Shown here: positions 51,763-63,345 of the stretch, in pieces | How the letters are laid out: each line of letters starts with the position of its first letter | Numbering within the stretch: position 1 is the stretch's first letter | NCBI GenBank assembly: GCA_024137785.1 | Contig: JAHRHZ010000095.1 | Location: forward strand, 1,114,013-1,178,012 | Source of the DNA: Ginglymostoma cirratum | Lineage: Eukaryota | DNA length: 64,000 nt | Reading direction: 5' to 3' | Notes under the pieces: generated by a model | Told to the model about the DNA's origin: nothing | The model's input: the letters and a program-made list of their open reading frames with translations, nothing else | Database searches by the model: none | Program-made: the position numbers and the translations under genes

Positions 51763-52911
51763 ACATGAACACAAGTAGTCATTCCTGTGTAATACCTTCC
51801 AGTACACTCAAAGTTTCTTATTAGTTGTTTATGCATACATATGTTTTACCAGTTAAATATTTAATTTTGAACTTAGGAATTTTGGGACGTGTCATAGGGA
51901 AGCAAACACCTTCGGATTTCAATATTGAATTGCAATGTCCCTTTATCTGCATGGTTCAACCAAAGGAAATTGAGATCCTAATACTAAACAGTGACCCACA
52001 TGCCTTGTGCAGAATTTCAGGTCTGGCTTGTGAGATTGAAACAAGAGAGGTTTCTGCATTAGAAATGTCTTCAGAATTGGAATACAGCGAAGCAGTGATG
52101 TGAGACATAAGGCTACTCAGATACAAGCACATAAATAGATATATTATACAATGAAAAATATTTTCTTCAAATGAATTTTGAAATGGTGAAATATCAGAAA
52201 TTGTATCCCATGAAATAACAACATAAAACATTTAAGTTTTCTGCATCGTCTTAAGCTACATTATATATTTTAGGCTTTCTAAAATATAATGATTTAACTT
52301 TAATAAGCCCTTTGAGTAAGTACTGAATTTCCATACGAGCACGGAAACAACTCTAAGATGCCAAACTTTAGAACATACAAATTGCTCTCAAATTCTCTGG
52401 GGATTACAAACTGTGTAACTTGTAAATTTGATTTAAATTTCACAAGACTAGAATGGCTTTTTGAACATTCCAGCTGGAACTCAATCTGAGAGAAATGTGA
52501 CAAGATTTGTGAGGGCTATGTGAATCCTGTCTGAAATCAAATGCCAAAGACCCGCACCTAATTGAACTCATGTGATTAGGCAGTAAAAATGCCAACTCTT
52601 CTACTGCGAATAATTTGTGTCATTTGACCAAAAGGTGCCATTCCAAGATGTATTTTCAACTTTGTCATGGGGATGGAATGATGAGAGCAAGCACCTACTG
52701 AAGATAGACTCTAACCACGTTTTTGCTTTAGATAGTACAAAGGTTTACAAACAGTGCTATGTAATTGTAATATAGCAATGTGGACTGGCATGTATAGTTC
52801 AACAGCAGAATGAGAAATTCACCAGTTGCAATAAATGTATGGTAGGAGCAATAATAAAAGGGCACAGTATAATGCAAGTGTTACCAACCTTATACTGGGA
52901 TAGTTCCAATT

Positions 52912-53497
52912 GTAGAACTATGCTCCAGCTATACAAAAGCCTGGTTCGGCCACATCTGGAGGATTGTGTCCAGTTCTGGTCACCTCATTACAAGAAAGAT
53001 GTGGAAGCATTGGAAAAGGTGCAGAGGAGATTTTCCAGGATGTTGCCTGGAATGGAGGGAAGTTCTTATGAGTGAAAAGGTTGAGAGAGCCAGGGGTTTT
53101 CTCTTTAGAACGACGAAGGATGAGAGGTGACTTGATAGAGGTGTACAAAACGATCAGAGGCATAGATAGACTGGACAGCCAGAGACTTTTTCCTAGGGTG
53201 GAGGTAGCTATTATGAGGGGGCATAGTTTTAAAGTGAGTGGAGGCAGATATAGGGGCGACGTTAGAGGTAGCTTCTTTACCCAGCAAGTGGCAGGGGCGT
53301 GGAATGCATTGCCAGAATGGATAGTGGAGTCGGCCTCATTAGCGGCATTTAAGTGGCTATTAGATAGGCATACGGATGATAGTATAAGGTAGGGGTGGAT
53401 GTTAGATAGCTTTTAGGTTTAGGGTAAAAGTTCAGCACAACATCTTGGCCCAAAGGGCCTGCACTGTGCTGTACTGTTCTATGTTCTATGTTCTATT
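52912..53497 (+). mobile_element. CR1 3' fragment, same subfamily as 15350-15922
   Basis: MLQLYKSLVRPHLEDCVQFWSPHY..; (TTCTATG)3 tail. Confidence 0.93.
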
Positions 53498-53724
53498 TGA
53501 ATAAAATTAAATAAAATGGGTTTCAATGAGTTTGATAACCAGGAAGAGAATTATAGAAATGAGTTATTGGCAACTTAACACAGTAGAATATTGAGTTACA
53601 AATTAATTGAAGATGCATCACTGATGAATAAAGAAATCTGAAAACAGTAAAGATTGTGCTGGAATACAGAATATCAGATATTACAGTAATATCTTAAATC
53701 ATTCTTTCAGTAAATATGTATGCC

Positions 53725-54800
53725 ACTGGCAAGGTCAGCATTTAATGTTCACCTCTAATGATAAAATGGTGGTGAGCAACTTTCTTGACTTTGTGCAGTC
53801 CATATTGTGTAAGTATATCCACAATGCTGTTATGTAGGGAGATCCAGCAACAGTGAAGGAAAAATGAAATAGCTTGAGGTCTGGACGACATGTGGCTTTA
53901 AGGAAAACTTACATATAGTAGTGTTCCAATGCTTATGCTCTTCTTGTTCTTCTAGGTATTACAATCATAGGTTTGGAAGGTGCTTCTGAAGGAGACTTGG
54001 TGTATTGCTGCGTGCATCTTGCACGAGATACACTACTGCGACTGTGTATTGGTAATGTTTAGATGGCGGTTGAATGCCATTAAGTGGCTTGCTTTGTCCT
54101 AGCTATGGCAAGCTTTTTTGTTAATTCATGGGATATGGCTGTTGCTGGAAAGATCAGCATTTATTACTCATCCCTAATTGCAAATAAAATGAAGAAAAAA
54201 ATCATCCTTAGCTAACACTTGTGTGAGGCAACTGTGACATTCCATTTACCAATACAAGCATGAAAGTTTCCCAGCTGTTTCTGGATATGGGCATGAACCG
54301 TTCCCTTTCTCTAGTATCTGAGGCTGGTACTATCAACAAGCTGTACCATTATCAACAAGTATTCCAACATATGGTCTTATGATGGAGGGAGATCACTGAT
54401 GAAGTAGCAGAAGTTGTATGGGCTTGCATATTATCGGAAGAAAATCCAAATCTATATCCAGGGGCTGAGATGATTGATCTCCAACAAATGTAACCAACTT
54501 TCCTTATGCAAGGTAAGGCTCTAATCAGTGGAGAATTTTCCCCTGATTCTCATTGACCTGAATTTTGCTAAAGATCCTTTATGCCATCAACAAGATGCTC
54601 TGTAGTAAATCACCAAAGCTCATTCAAAAGTGCATTTCAAACCATAGTCTCCACAATGTAGGAGGATAAGAGCAGTAGGCCTATGGGGAAGCCATCACCT
54701 GCAGGTTCCTTCCAAGCCACATACTGGTCATCCTGATCTAGAACTACAATATTCCATCAGTGTTATTGGGTCAAAATCTTGGAATTTCCTTTCTAAGTAG
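53725..54800 (-). mobile_element. Scrambled old fragments of the tRNA-headed LINE family
   Basis: ggtggtgagc..cagtgaagga..ggtttggaaggtgct..gctttgtcct match 20760-21130; 54620-54800 is in the opposite orientation. Confidence 0.65.
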
Positions 54801-54929
54801 CACATTTATATCCCAGCATGTGCTTCTGATAACAACAGTCTAATAATAAACATATTATCTCACTGATATAAATGTAAGTTATCAACACTTAATAATAGAT
54901 AGAGTATATAAAATAGTAATAAATAATTT

Positions 54930-55150
54930 GAAACAAAGAACATGTGAATGATGGAAATCTGAAACAAAAACAGAAATACAAGAAAATCTCAGATAACAAG
55001 CATGGGACTGGATGAACACAGCAGGTCAAGCAGCATCATAGGAGCAGGAAAACTTGACGTTTCGGAAGAAAATCTCTGTAGGTCTGGCAGCATCAGTGGA
55101 AAGAAAGCAGAGTTAATGTTTCGAGTCCGGCGTCTCTTCATCAAAACTGA
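54930..55150 (-). mobile_element. Penelope mini-element carrying a nested 75-bp insert (54991-55065) from another PLE terminus
   Basis: 11-bp TSD AAGAAAATCTC at 54980-54990 and 55066-55076; outer hammerhead remnant TTGATGAAGAG..CTCGAAAC on the minus strand. Confidence 0.85.
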
Positions 55151-55614
55151 TAAGTATTTGATGAGTACAAAGACTAAAAATACACCCTCACATTATCTGC
55201 AAAAAAAGGAGCAGCTTAGCAGCTTAATATGACTATACTATAGAAATTAGTCATATAAATATGCATAAATTAATCATTTTTGTTCCTTTCCTTTCCCTAA
55301 AATCTTTGACTATGCCTCGATGGAAATAAATGTTAGTGAAATACGAGCAAATCTTTAAAGTTTCTTCCAAAGCATGATTCTCTGTGAAGGACCATCCCCT
55401 TGTGTTCATCTTGGACTCTGTCTTCCTTCTGTCCAACTTCACGGCAGGTGTCTATCAATGCTAATATCATTCAACATGGAAAAAGCTACAATTATTCAGC
55501 TGACATATTCTGATCAACATTACAAAGTATTATTTGAGCGTTCTGACCATTGCAAAAATTGTCCTTTTAGTTTAAAACTACTCAACAGTTATAAACAGAA
55601 TCTCAATTATTCAA

Positions 55615-56220
55615 GCTAATGTATGTTATTGTTTATTGTAAGGGGAAATGAACACAAAAGCCAGGAGGTTATGCTTCATTTATACATGGTACTTGTAAGA
55701 TCACATCTGAAGTATTGTACACATTAATGGTCTCACTATTTAAAGAAGGATATAAGTGAATTGGAAGCAGTTCAGAGAACGTTTCATAGACTAATACCAA
55801 ATTTGGGCAGATTTTCTTATGAGGAGCAGTTGGTCAGGCTAGGCTTGTATCTGCTGGAGTTTAGAAAAGTAAGAGGAGACTTGATTGAAACAAATAAGAT
55901 CCTGAGCGGTCTTGACTGATATGGAAATTGTATTTCCAGAGAATCTAGAACTAGGAGTCACTACTTAAAAATAAAGAGTCTTCAAATTAAAACTGAGATG
56001 AGAAGCAACTGTTTCTTACGGAGTGTCTTTGGAACTCACTTCCTCAAAAGGTGAACAGAAGCAGAGTCTTTGATTTTTTTAAGGCAGAGGTAGATAGACT
56101 CTTGATAAGCAAGTGATGAAAGATTTTTGGGGGTAGGCAGTAATATTGTGCAATCAGATCAGCCACAGTCATATTGAATAGTAGGGTGGTCTTCAGGGGC
56201 TGCCCGGCCTTCTAATTCAT
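55615..56220 (+). mobile_element. Old CR1 3' fragment
   Basis: gaggttatgcttcatttatac..gttcagagaacgttt..aaggcagaggtagataga. Confidence 0.8.
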
Positions 56221-56225
56221 ATTGA

Positions 56226-56549
56226 ATCATAGAATTCCTACAGTGTGGAAACAGGCCCTTTGTCCCAACAAGTCCACACCGATCCTTAGAGCATCCCACC
56301 CAGACCCATCCCTCTATAACCCACCTAATCTACACATCCCTGAACAGTACGGGTAACTTAGCATAGCCAATCCACCTAGCCTGCACATCTTTGGACTGTG
56401 GGAGGAAACCGGAGCATCTACAGGAAACCCACGCAGACATGGGGAGAATGTGCAAACTCCACACGAGCAGTCGCCCAAGGGTGGAATCAAACCCAGGTCC
56501 CTGACGCTATGAGGCAGCAGTGATAACCACTGGGCCATCAGGCTGCCCC
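56226..56549 (-). mobile_element. HE1-type tRNA-derived SINE
   Basis: Minus-strand head GGGCAGCCTGATGGCCCAGTGGTTATCACTGCTGCCTCA..CCTGGGTTTGATTCC; central TGTGGAGTTTGCACATTCTCCCC..GGGTTTCC; ATTCTATG tail. Confidence 0.92.
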
Positions 56550-57399
56550 AGTATTCATATATATGTATGTTCGTATGTATTACAAACTCATACGTATATA
56601 ATTTCTTGATGGACATTTTACTACTAATACTCAGAGTAAGTCAAATTCCCTTATCAGGAATATAAATCGTGTATTCAAAGAAGAAGGGAAGAAAGACTTG
56701 CTCTTGCATAACACTGTTCATAATCATTGGACTTCTCAAAATACATTACAGCCAATGAATTACTTTTACAGTGCAGTCACTCCTGAAATGTAGCAACCAA
56801 TTTTGTTCACAATATTGTATTAATGAACAGATAATCTGGTTTTTGGGTAATATACAAGGGGTAATTCTCTGTCTTTTATATTACGCCATAAATACATAAT
56901 GAAAGTTATCTTCAATTTCCAACGCTATCACTACACCCTTCTACCAACAGTGATATTTTAGTAGCTCAGTTATGCATCATCCATCTCCTCAGTCTGTGCT
57001 GCAGAGAATTCCCCATGCTTCATTATATAAATCCACTTTTCTCCCCAGATTATTCTTGCTTTTGCTGCTTAATTAGAATTAATTAGACAAAATCAAAGGA
57101 CACATAAAAAGGAAAAAAAAATCGGATTTTCAAATTGGGAATGGGTCAAAATTGGATATCCCTTAAAATCAGGTACTGGAATTGTGATGTACGGTTAATC
57201 ACATCCATTCAAAGTAATGCAGGTAGCATTCACATTCTGTGCTCTTATTAATTATAATAGTAATATCACGCAGTCTGACACTGATCATGCTATTGAATGG
57301 CTTCATGTTTCAGCAGGAAGGAAACTTGCATCGCATAAAGATCACCTGCACTGCTCAACTCCAACCTGCACTCTTAAAGGTGAGGTGAACTCTGACTTC

Positions 57400-59290
57400 A
57401 GCAGGAGTACAAATGGTGAAAAAGAAATTCATTGTTAGTAAGAATCTTGAAAAATGGCAAATAGACCTGACAGCCTGTGCCTGGCAGATCTCTGTTGCAG
57501 CACTGAGAGACTTCGAACAGATGTTACTCCGAGGAGAGAGACTCTCTGGTCAGGATCCAGGAGAGGCTCCAAGCAGTTACTACAGAGGCAAAGGGAATAG
57601 GTAACCATTGTTTTCTATTTCACTCTGAAGACCCTGGATGCAGGGCTGTAAGATTTTTCATGACCTCACAAGAATGATCAACTGCATTTTCATTTACCGC
57701 AACCTACCAAATCCATCATAAATCATATGTACTGTGCCATTCACCACACCATCATCACTTGTCTATAAACAACCTGCATCAATCTCAATTCACACCTCCT
57801 ATTCAAAGCTTCACCTCATTCTAATATGTTTAAATTGTTGGGGTTGGTGTACTTTCAGTACCACTCGAACACTGCTAGCTATAAAGAATACATTAGTTCT
57901 CATGACATGTTTACAATTATAAGAATTCTTCCTTACATTAACATCTAACCATGTTGCTTTCTCCCAGATGATATGAGTGCATATGACTTCTTTCCATGAT
58001 GAAAACACAGTAGTAGTGGTGGTTGGGGGTGTGAGCAGGATATGTGTGTGCGCTAGGCACAGCTTCGTATCCTCGACCCAATATAGGATATAGTACCAGA
58101 ACAATTGGTGTAGCCAAAAAAGTCACAACTGAGGCCGAAGCCAGCAACCGGACTGTAACCAAGAAATATGTTGAGATGTTCTGATCTACTCTGCCTTCAT
58201 ACAGCTACTTCTGTCTCATTCTATAATCTCTTCTGATTTGTATGTTTAGGATGGTATAACCTTTTTGCCCTCAGATGCACAATAACTACTGTCAGAGACT
58301 GTTGAAGGTGAAATTCTGGCACTCAGCCTGACACTTGCAGCCAACAGCTCAGATGTGATCTTGTGTCAACTTTAGAGAGTAGCTTAGAGGCAGGACCAGG
58401 ATGTGTTGGGGTACCAGAAATAGCAAGACTGGGAACAGGTCATGAGGAGAAGATGACATGCATGGAAGTTCTCTGGTGAGATCGTGCACAAGTTCCACTG
58501 CATAAAATTGAGTCAAGTATATTAGTGGGGTGATGTAGAGTAAAAGTTTAATGGGCACACAGCTTGGTGAACTGGCAGGTTTATCAGAAAGTCTGCTGTT
58601 ACTGTCAAGGAGCATGGAGGTGCCCAGCTATGTCTCTTTGATGTAAACCTGCCATAAGGCTTTGTGCAAAGCTTGGAGCTTATCCTTTCTAACATGCAAG
58701 TGATATCCATCTTTATTAGGGCACTTGTTGACTCAGCCATAATGCAGCATTGGATCTTCAAATTTTGAAATTCCTTTTCAGCCCAGACAGAATCAAAATC
58801 TGAGAGCTGCAGTGGAAGCTCAGACTGATGTCATAAAGTTTGTTCCCATGCAAGCCTAGCTTGGTGCAGTACTGACTCATACTGCTGCCATTAAGTCAGA
58901 GAATACCAGTGCACAGAGGAACTATGGACCTACAGCATTCCAAAAATTTTGGGCTCCAGGTGACTACAAGGATTACTGAGGCCCTATGTCAAGAAAGGGA
59001 ATGGCTTCATGGAGAATGATACTGCTGCTTCCTCTCAAGATAACAGAATTCATGATCCCAATCTGTTACTTACTGGTGGCCTTTCTGCTGCCTGTCAGCC
59101 ATCATCAACTACAGTTCTCTATGCCATGATGATGCAGGTTGAAGTGGAGCTTCCAAGGCCTATAGCTTCTAGAGGGCATCATGCCTGGTCATCTGAAATC
59201 TCCCTCCTGAAAGATATCAGTTCAGTTCAATTGTACTGCATAGGAGCACTGGGCCAGGGAAAGGCACCTGCATGATAGGCTCCAAGGCAA
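57400..59290 (+). mobile_element. Harbinger Myb/SANT (ORF1) pseudogene
   Basis: WMQGCKIFHDLTRMI near 57635-57680 resembles RTWxQCRKKFNDLTR; downstream LAGLSESLLLLSRSME..GFVQSLELILSNM. Confidence 0.6.
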
Positions 59291-59499
59291 TTCAGTTGGC
59301 TGTTTAGTTTACTAATGTGTGGATTATTGAATAAAGTTTCTGTGGAATGGTGGTTTTGTGGTGACTTTTATTTCTGGATTATGACCCCAAGGGCTTGATT
59401 CAATATCAGTTACGTAGGAATATAAGGTGTGGACTGCTGTCCAGTGGAAGTCTGGGATTTTATTCACTGGGAACCCATGTTGAAAGATGTATTTGTAGA

Positions 59500-60560
59500 C
59501 AGCCATTTCAGCATGAAAATGTATCAGATGCTTCCTCCTCCTCCTCCCTCTTCTATACCCTTCATCCTTTTTTCCTTTCCCTCTTCATCCTTTATCCCTT
59601 CCTCTTCTTTCTCCTCCCAATGTACTGTCTCAGTACTGTCTGAAAATATTGTGGTTTCATAATGGCCAGATTGTGGAGGAGATAGCTGAACAGAAGGAAT
59701 CGCTGCTCTAGTAAGTACAGGTGGGCATCTCCAGAGGGGTTGAGGCACAGGAACCATTGCTTAAACATTTCAAATGTTTACTGAATGTCTTTTCTCATGG
59801 CATGATATTTCTCACTATATGAATATTAGTTGTGAAGCAGCCAATCTAGCGTGATGGCATAGTGGAACAGTGAACCGATATAGAGTGAAAGCTTCATAGC
59901 TACACTTCAGATTGGAGTTATGTACTGAACATGGTTCCTTATCAACTGTATGCTCAACATAGAAGGACTTCTGCCATTACAATATATTTCAGCATTGACA
60001 GGCGGAGATGGCAAAGTTAGATACATGTGGTTGATGGCACCCTGCAAACCAGAGAAGCCTGATCCTGACAAAGCCATGCTTTTTCTCTCTGTCAGAGAGA
60101 AGACATTGAAGCCCCTTCTCTTGGCATAAAGACCCACTGCCACCTCTCTCATGTTGCAGTAGCTGGTGAGCTGGGAGATATTAGACATGTCGTCTGCTGT
60201 GGCCCGGAAGGGTCCATATTCATCTTAACAGCCGAGGACAGCATTATCCTTAACTTCTCTAATACTACAGATCAGTTCCAAGAAGTGCAGAGAACACTGA
60301 GAGCATCACCTTTGTGAATCAAAGACCTTGAAAACACTGCTTCTGGCTCATTTGGAAACAGGAAAAGTACTCCAAGAAGATGCTAGGTGGATAAAGCTTC
60401 CTGCTGGGACCACTTCTCGATTACTTTTTCTTCCACAAGCAATTTGCCCTTCTTTTACTTGTTTCTTTCTGCACAATATTCCAGTTGCTGCAGTCCAGAG
60501 TTCTCCACTGGTATATCACTAGGAGCTCGCACTTTATGGTATTCTCCCCATGTGTAGCAT
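59500..60560 (-). mobile_element. Harbinger (HARBI1-like) transposase pseudogene
   Basis: ORF 59907..60188 SNISQ..REVAVGLYAKR..GFSGLQGAINHMYLTL..NAEIYCNG..SIQLI resembles GFPxVQGAIDCTH..Y.NRKG.HSLNVQLVCD. Confidence 0.75.
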
Positions 60561-60589
60561 TTCTCCAAGTGGACATCAGCAACTGTAAG

Positions 60590-61650
60590 TTGATTTGACT
60601 TGATTTATTGTTGTCACATGTATCTAAGTACAGTGAAAATTTTTAGTTTTGCATGTAGTACAGGCAGATTATAATATATAAGGATATAAAGATCATGTGG
60701 TATTTATACACAGCGAGGTGTACAAGCTTACAGTTACACAGGGCATGCACAAAAACAAGAACAACATTGAGTTGAAATTGGAGAGATCCATTCAGCAGTC
60801 TAATAACGGTGAAGGAGCTGTTCTTGAACCTGTTGATATGTCTGTTTAAGGTTTTGCATCTTCTGCCTGATAGAGGAGGTTGGAAGAGGTGTTATTGTGT
60901 TTCTTGACCATTGCATCTATATGGGAGGACCAGGACTGATTCTTAGCTATCTTCACTCCTAGGAACTTGATGCTCTGAACCCTCTCCACCTCAGCTCCAT
61001 TGATGTAGGTAGAGACGTGTCCTCCTCCTTTCTTCCTGAAGTTGAAGATTAGCTGACATTAGTTTTGCTGACATTGAGGGAGAGATCATTATCTTTGCGT
61101 CATGACACCAAGCATTCTATCACCTTCCTGTATTCTGAGTTGTTATTGTTTAATATCCGGTCTACAATGGTGGTGTCATCAGTGAACTTGTGGATGGCAT
61201 TTGGACGAAATTTGGCCAAACAGTCATGAGTGTACAGGGAGTACAACAGGGGGCTGGGTACTCAACATTGCCGGGTGCCGGTGTGGAGGATTATCGTGCG
61301 GGAGGAGCTGTTGTTTATCTTGCGGTCCGTTGGTCAGGAAACTGAGGATCCAGTTGCATAGGTCTCGGAGTTTGAAGATTAGTTTGTTTGGGATTATAGT
61401 GTTGAAGGTGGAGCTTAGTCAATAAGTAGAAGCCTTACTATCGTAGGCATCCTTATTATCCAGATGTTCCAGGGATGAGTGTCGGGCTATGGAGATGGTG
61501 TCTGCTGTGGACCTGTTGTGCCAGTAGGCAAATTGCAAGGGATCGAGGTAGACCTGGGGGGCTAGAATTGATGTGAGCCATGACTATCCTCTCAAAGGAC
61601 TTCATACATATGGATGTCAGAGCCACCAGGTGGTAATTGTTGAGGCACAT
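60590..61650 (-). mobile_element. Rex1/Babar-type LINE fragment
   Basis: [29 protein letters not shown] resembles Rex1 CLNDYRPVALT..MKCFERLV; KFTDDTTIV near 61165-61190; (TTGAT/C)n tail at 60591-60606. Confidence 0.82.
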
Positions 61651-61870
61651 TATGTGTGTTTTCGCCAGTCAGTTGGCTTTTCCATAAACCTAAACAGACC
61701 CAGGATAAAGTAATCAGCAACTGACCTATAAGTTATTGATGACAGAATTAGATAAAGCAGGAGATGCTGGGGATGGGGTAGGGACTGTGGGAGCCTTTGA
61801 TGATGCCAAACACATGTTAAATAGTGTTTGCATAAGAAGGCATTAAGTAGAGAAAAAAAGGACCAAAATG

Positions 61871-61912
61871 GCTGTTCTGAAGAAGAGTCACTGGACTCGA
61901 AATGTTAACAGC
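61871..61912 (+). ncRNA. Minimal type-I hammerhead motif within a TSD-flanked 101-bp insert (61873-61973)
   Basis: GCTGTT-CTGAAGA-A-GAGTC(ACTG)GACTC-GAAA-TGTT-AACAGC; TSD CCAAAATGGC at 61863-61872 and 61974-61983. Confidence 0.78.
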
Positions 61913-62911
61913 ACTTTTTTGCTATAGATACTGATGGACCCGTTTAGCTTCTCCAGCAATTTCTGCTTTTGCTCCAAAATGGCAGTGTCTAATTTTAGAT
62001 TTCCTGACCATCACAATCTGCATAAAATTATGCTCTGTGTGCTTCAGCATATGGTGTTAACACCTACCCTAACATTTTCACCAAGATAACATTTGTTGCA
62101 AATTACCCTGGAAATCAGTAGCAATAGCATAGATGCCATTTTGATACTTAATTGGTACCTATAGCATCAAAACTATTGAGACTATGGTGCCTGGTTTTCC
62201 AGCTGTGAACTGTATAGAGTTGGTGCTACATAGCCAGTTATTTTCTGTCTGGTAACCCGACTTGATCTGAAGACTATTTTGAGTCTTTAACCATGAATAG
62301 TGCCATGACAGGTTGACTGGTTTTATATACAGATATAAATAATTTTTTTTAAAAATGACAAAATATGACAAGTTGATGAGAAAATTAAAAATAACTGAAA
62401 GGACACGAGAATACTGTAAATTTTCTTCCTGTAGTCCCACATTCAACTTTGTCTGGAGCCTCCCTTGCTTCTTCCAGGCTCTTATTCAGATGATTCTGGC
62501 AAGCCTTTTTTTCCTTCCTCTAGTTTCAGCTTTAATAGTCTCTGCCAAGTTTCCTTCATTCTCCAGACTCCTCTCATTTAATTCTCCCGTTAAGATCATT
62601 ACATTTTTTAAAAAATGTAGTTGCTGTCAGTGATCGTCTTACAGAACGTAGGTACCATTTCTAACTTTGCTGTCGGTGACAATTCTGTGTATTGTCACCA
62701 ATGATTCTAAAACAAAATTCAAATTTTGAGTTAACTAATGTTTCCTGAATTAGGGGTTCTGGGGAAATGTGGGTCATGGGCATCTCTGTCCAATACATTT
62801 ACAATACAGAAACTATCACTATGACATTTATGGAACACCTGTCCCTGTTACAGTCACCTCTGGCTGCACCCTGTTGTTATGCCACCTATTATACAAAAAA
62901 AAGCAACTTCA

Positions 62912-63345
62912 ATCCAGACCATATTGGATTTGATTAATTTCCAAATCATTCTGGAATCAATTTACTATCAAAACCTTTATTGGACTAAATTCAATTTTAG
63001 ACACAGTTGGAATTAGTTGTGTCGGATCATATTGGATTCAATTTAGTTCCAGACTATTTTGACATAATTTGCTTCCAGACTTTATTGAAAACTATTCACA
63101 TCTGGATTGTTTCAGTCATCATTTGCTCCTGGACTGCATCATATTCAATTCACATTCCATCCAGTATCAAACTCAATTCCCTTAGAGATTGTGTCACGCT
63201 CGGCTCTCTCCAGATTGTCAGACTTGATTCACTTAGCTGCCATTTCAGAATCAAATAACTGCTAAAGCATAATAAGTGCCATTAATTTCCAGACCGCTGG
63301 TTTACCTTCAAACATTATTAAACTAAATTAAATTCCAGACATTAC
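62912..63345. repeat. Degenerate tandem array with about 27-bp period
   Basis: Recurrent TCCAGAC..ATTGGA..AATT units, e.g. tccagaccatattggatttgattaatt and tcggatcatattggattcaatttagt. Confidence 0.55.

Noticed and set aside
55330-55460. Protein-like minus-strand frame (VKLDRRKTESKMNTRGWSF..)
   Set aside because: Weak splice sites and no recognisable family.
62675-62699. Hairpin GGTGACAAT-N7-ATTGTCACC
   Set aside because: A single 9-bp stem can arise by chance in 64 kb; no other support.
62912-63345. CRISPR array
   Set aside because: Eukaryotic context, no conserved repeat/unique spacer structure, no cas genes.
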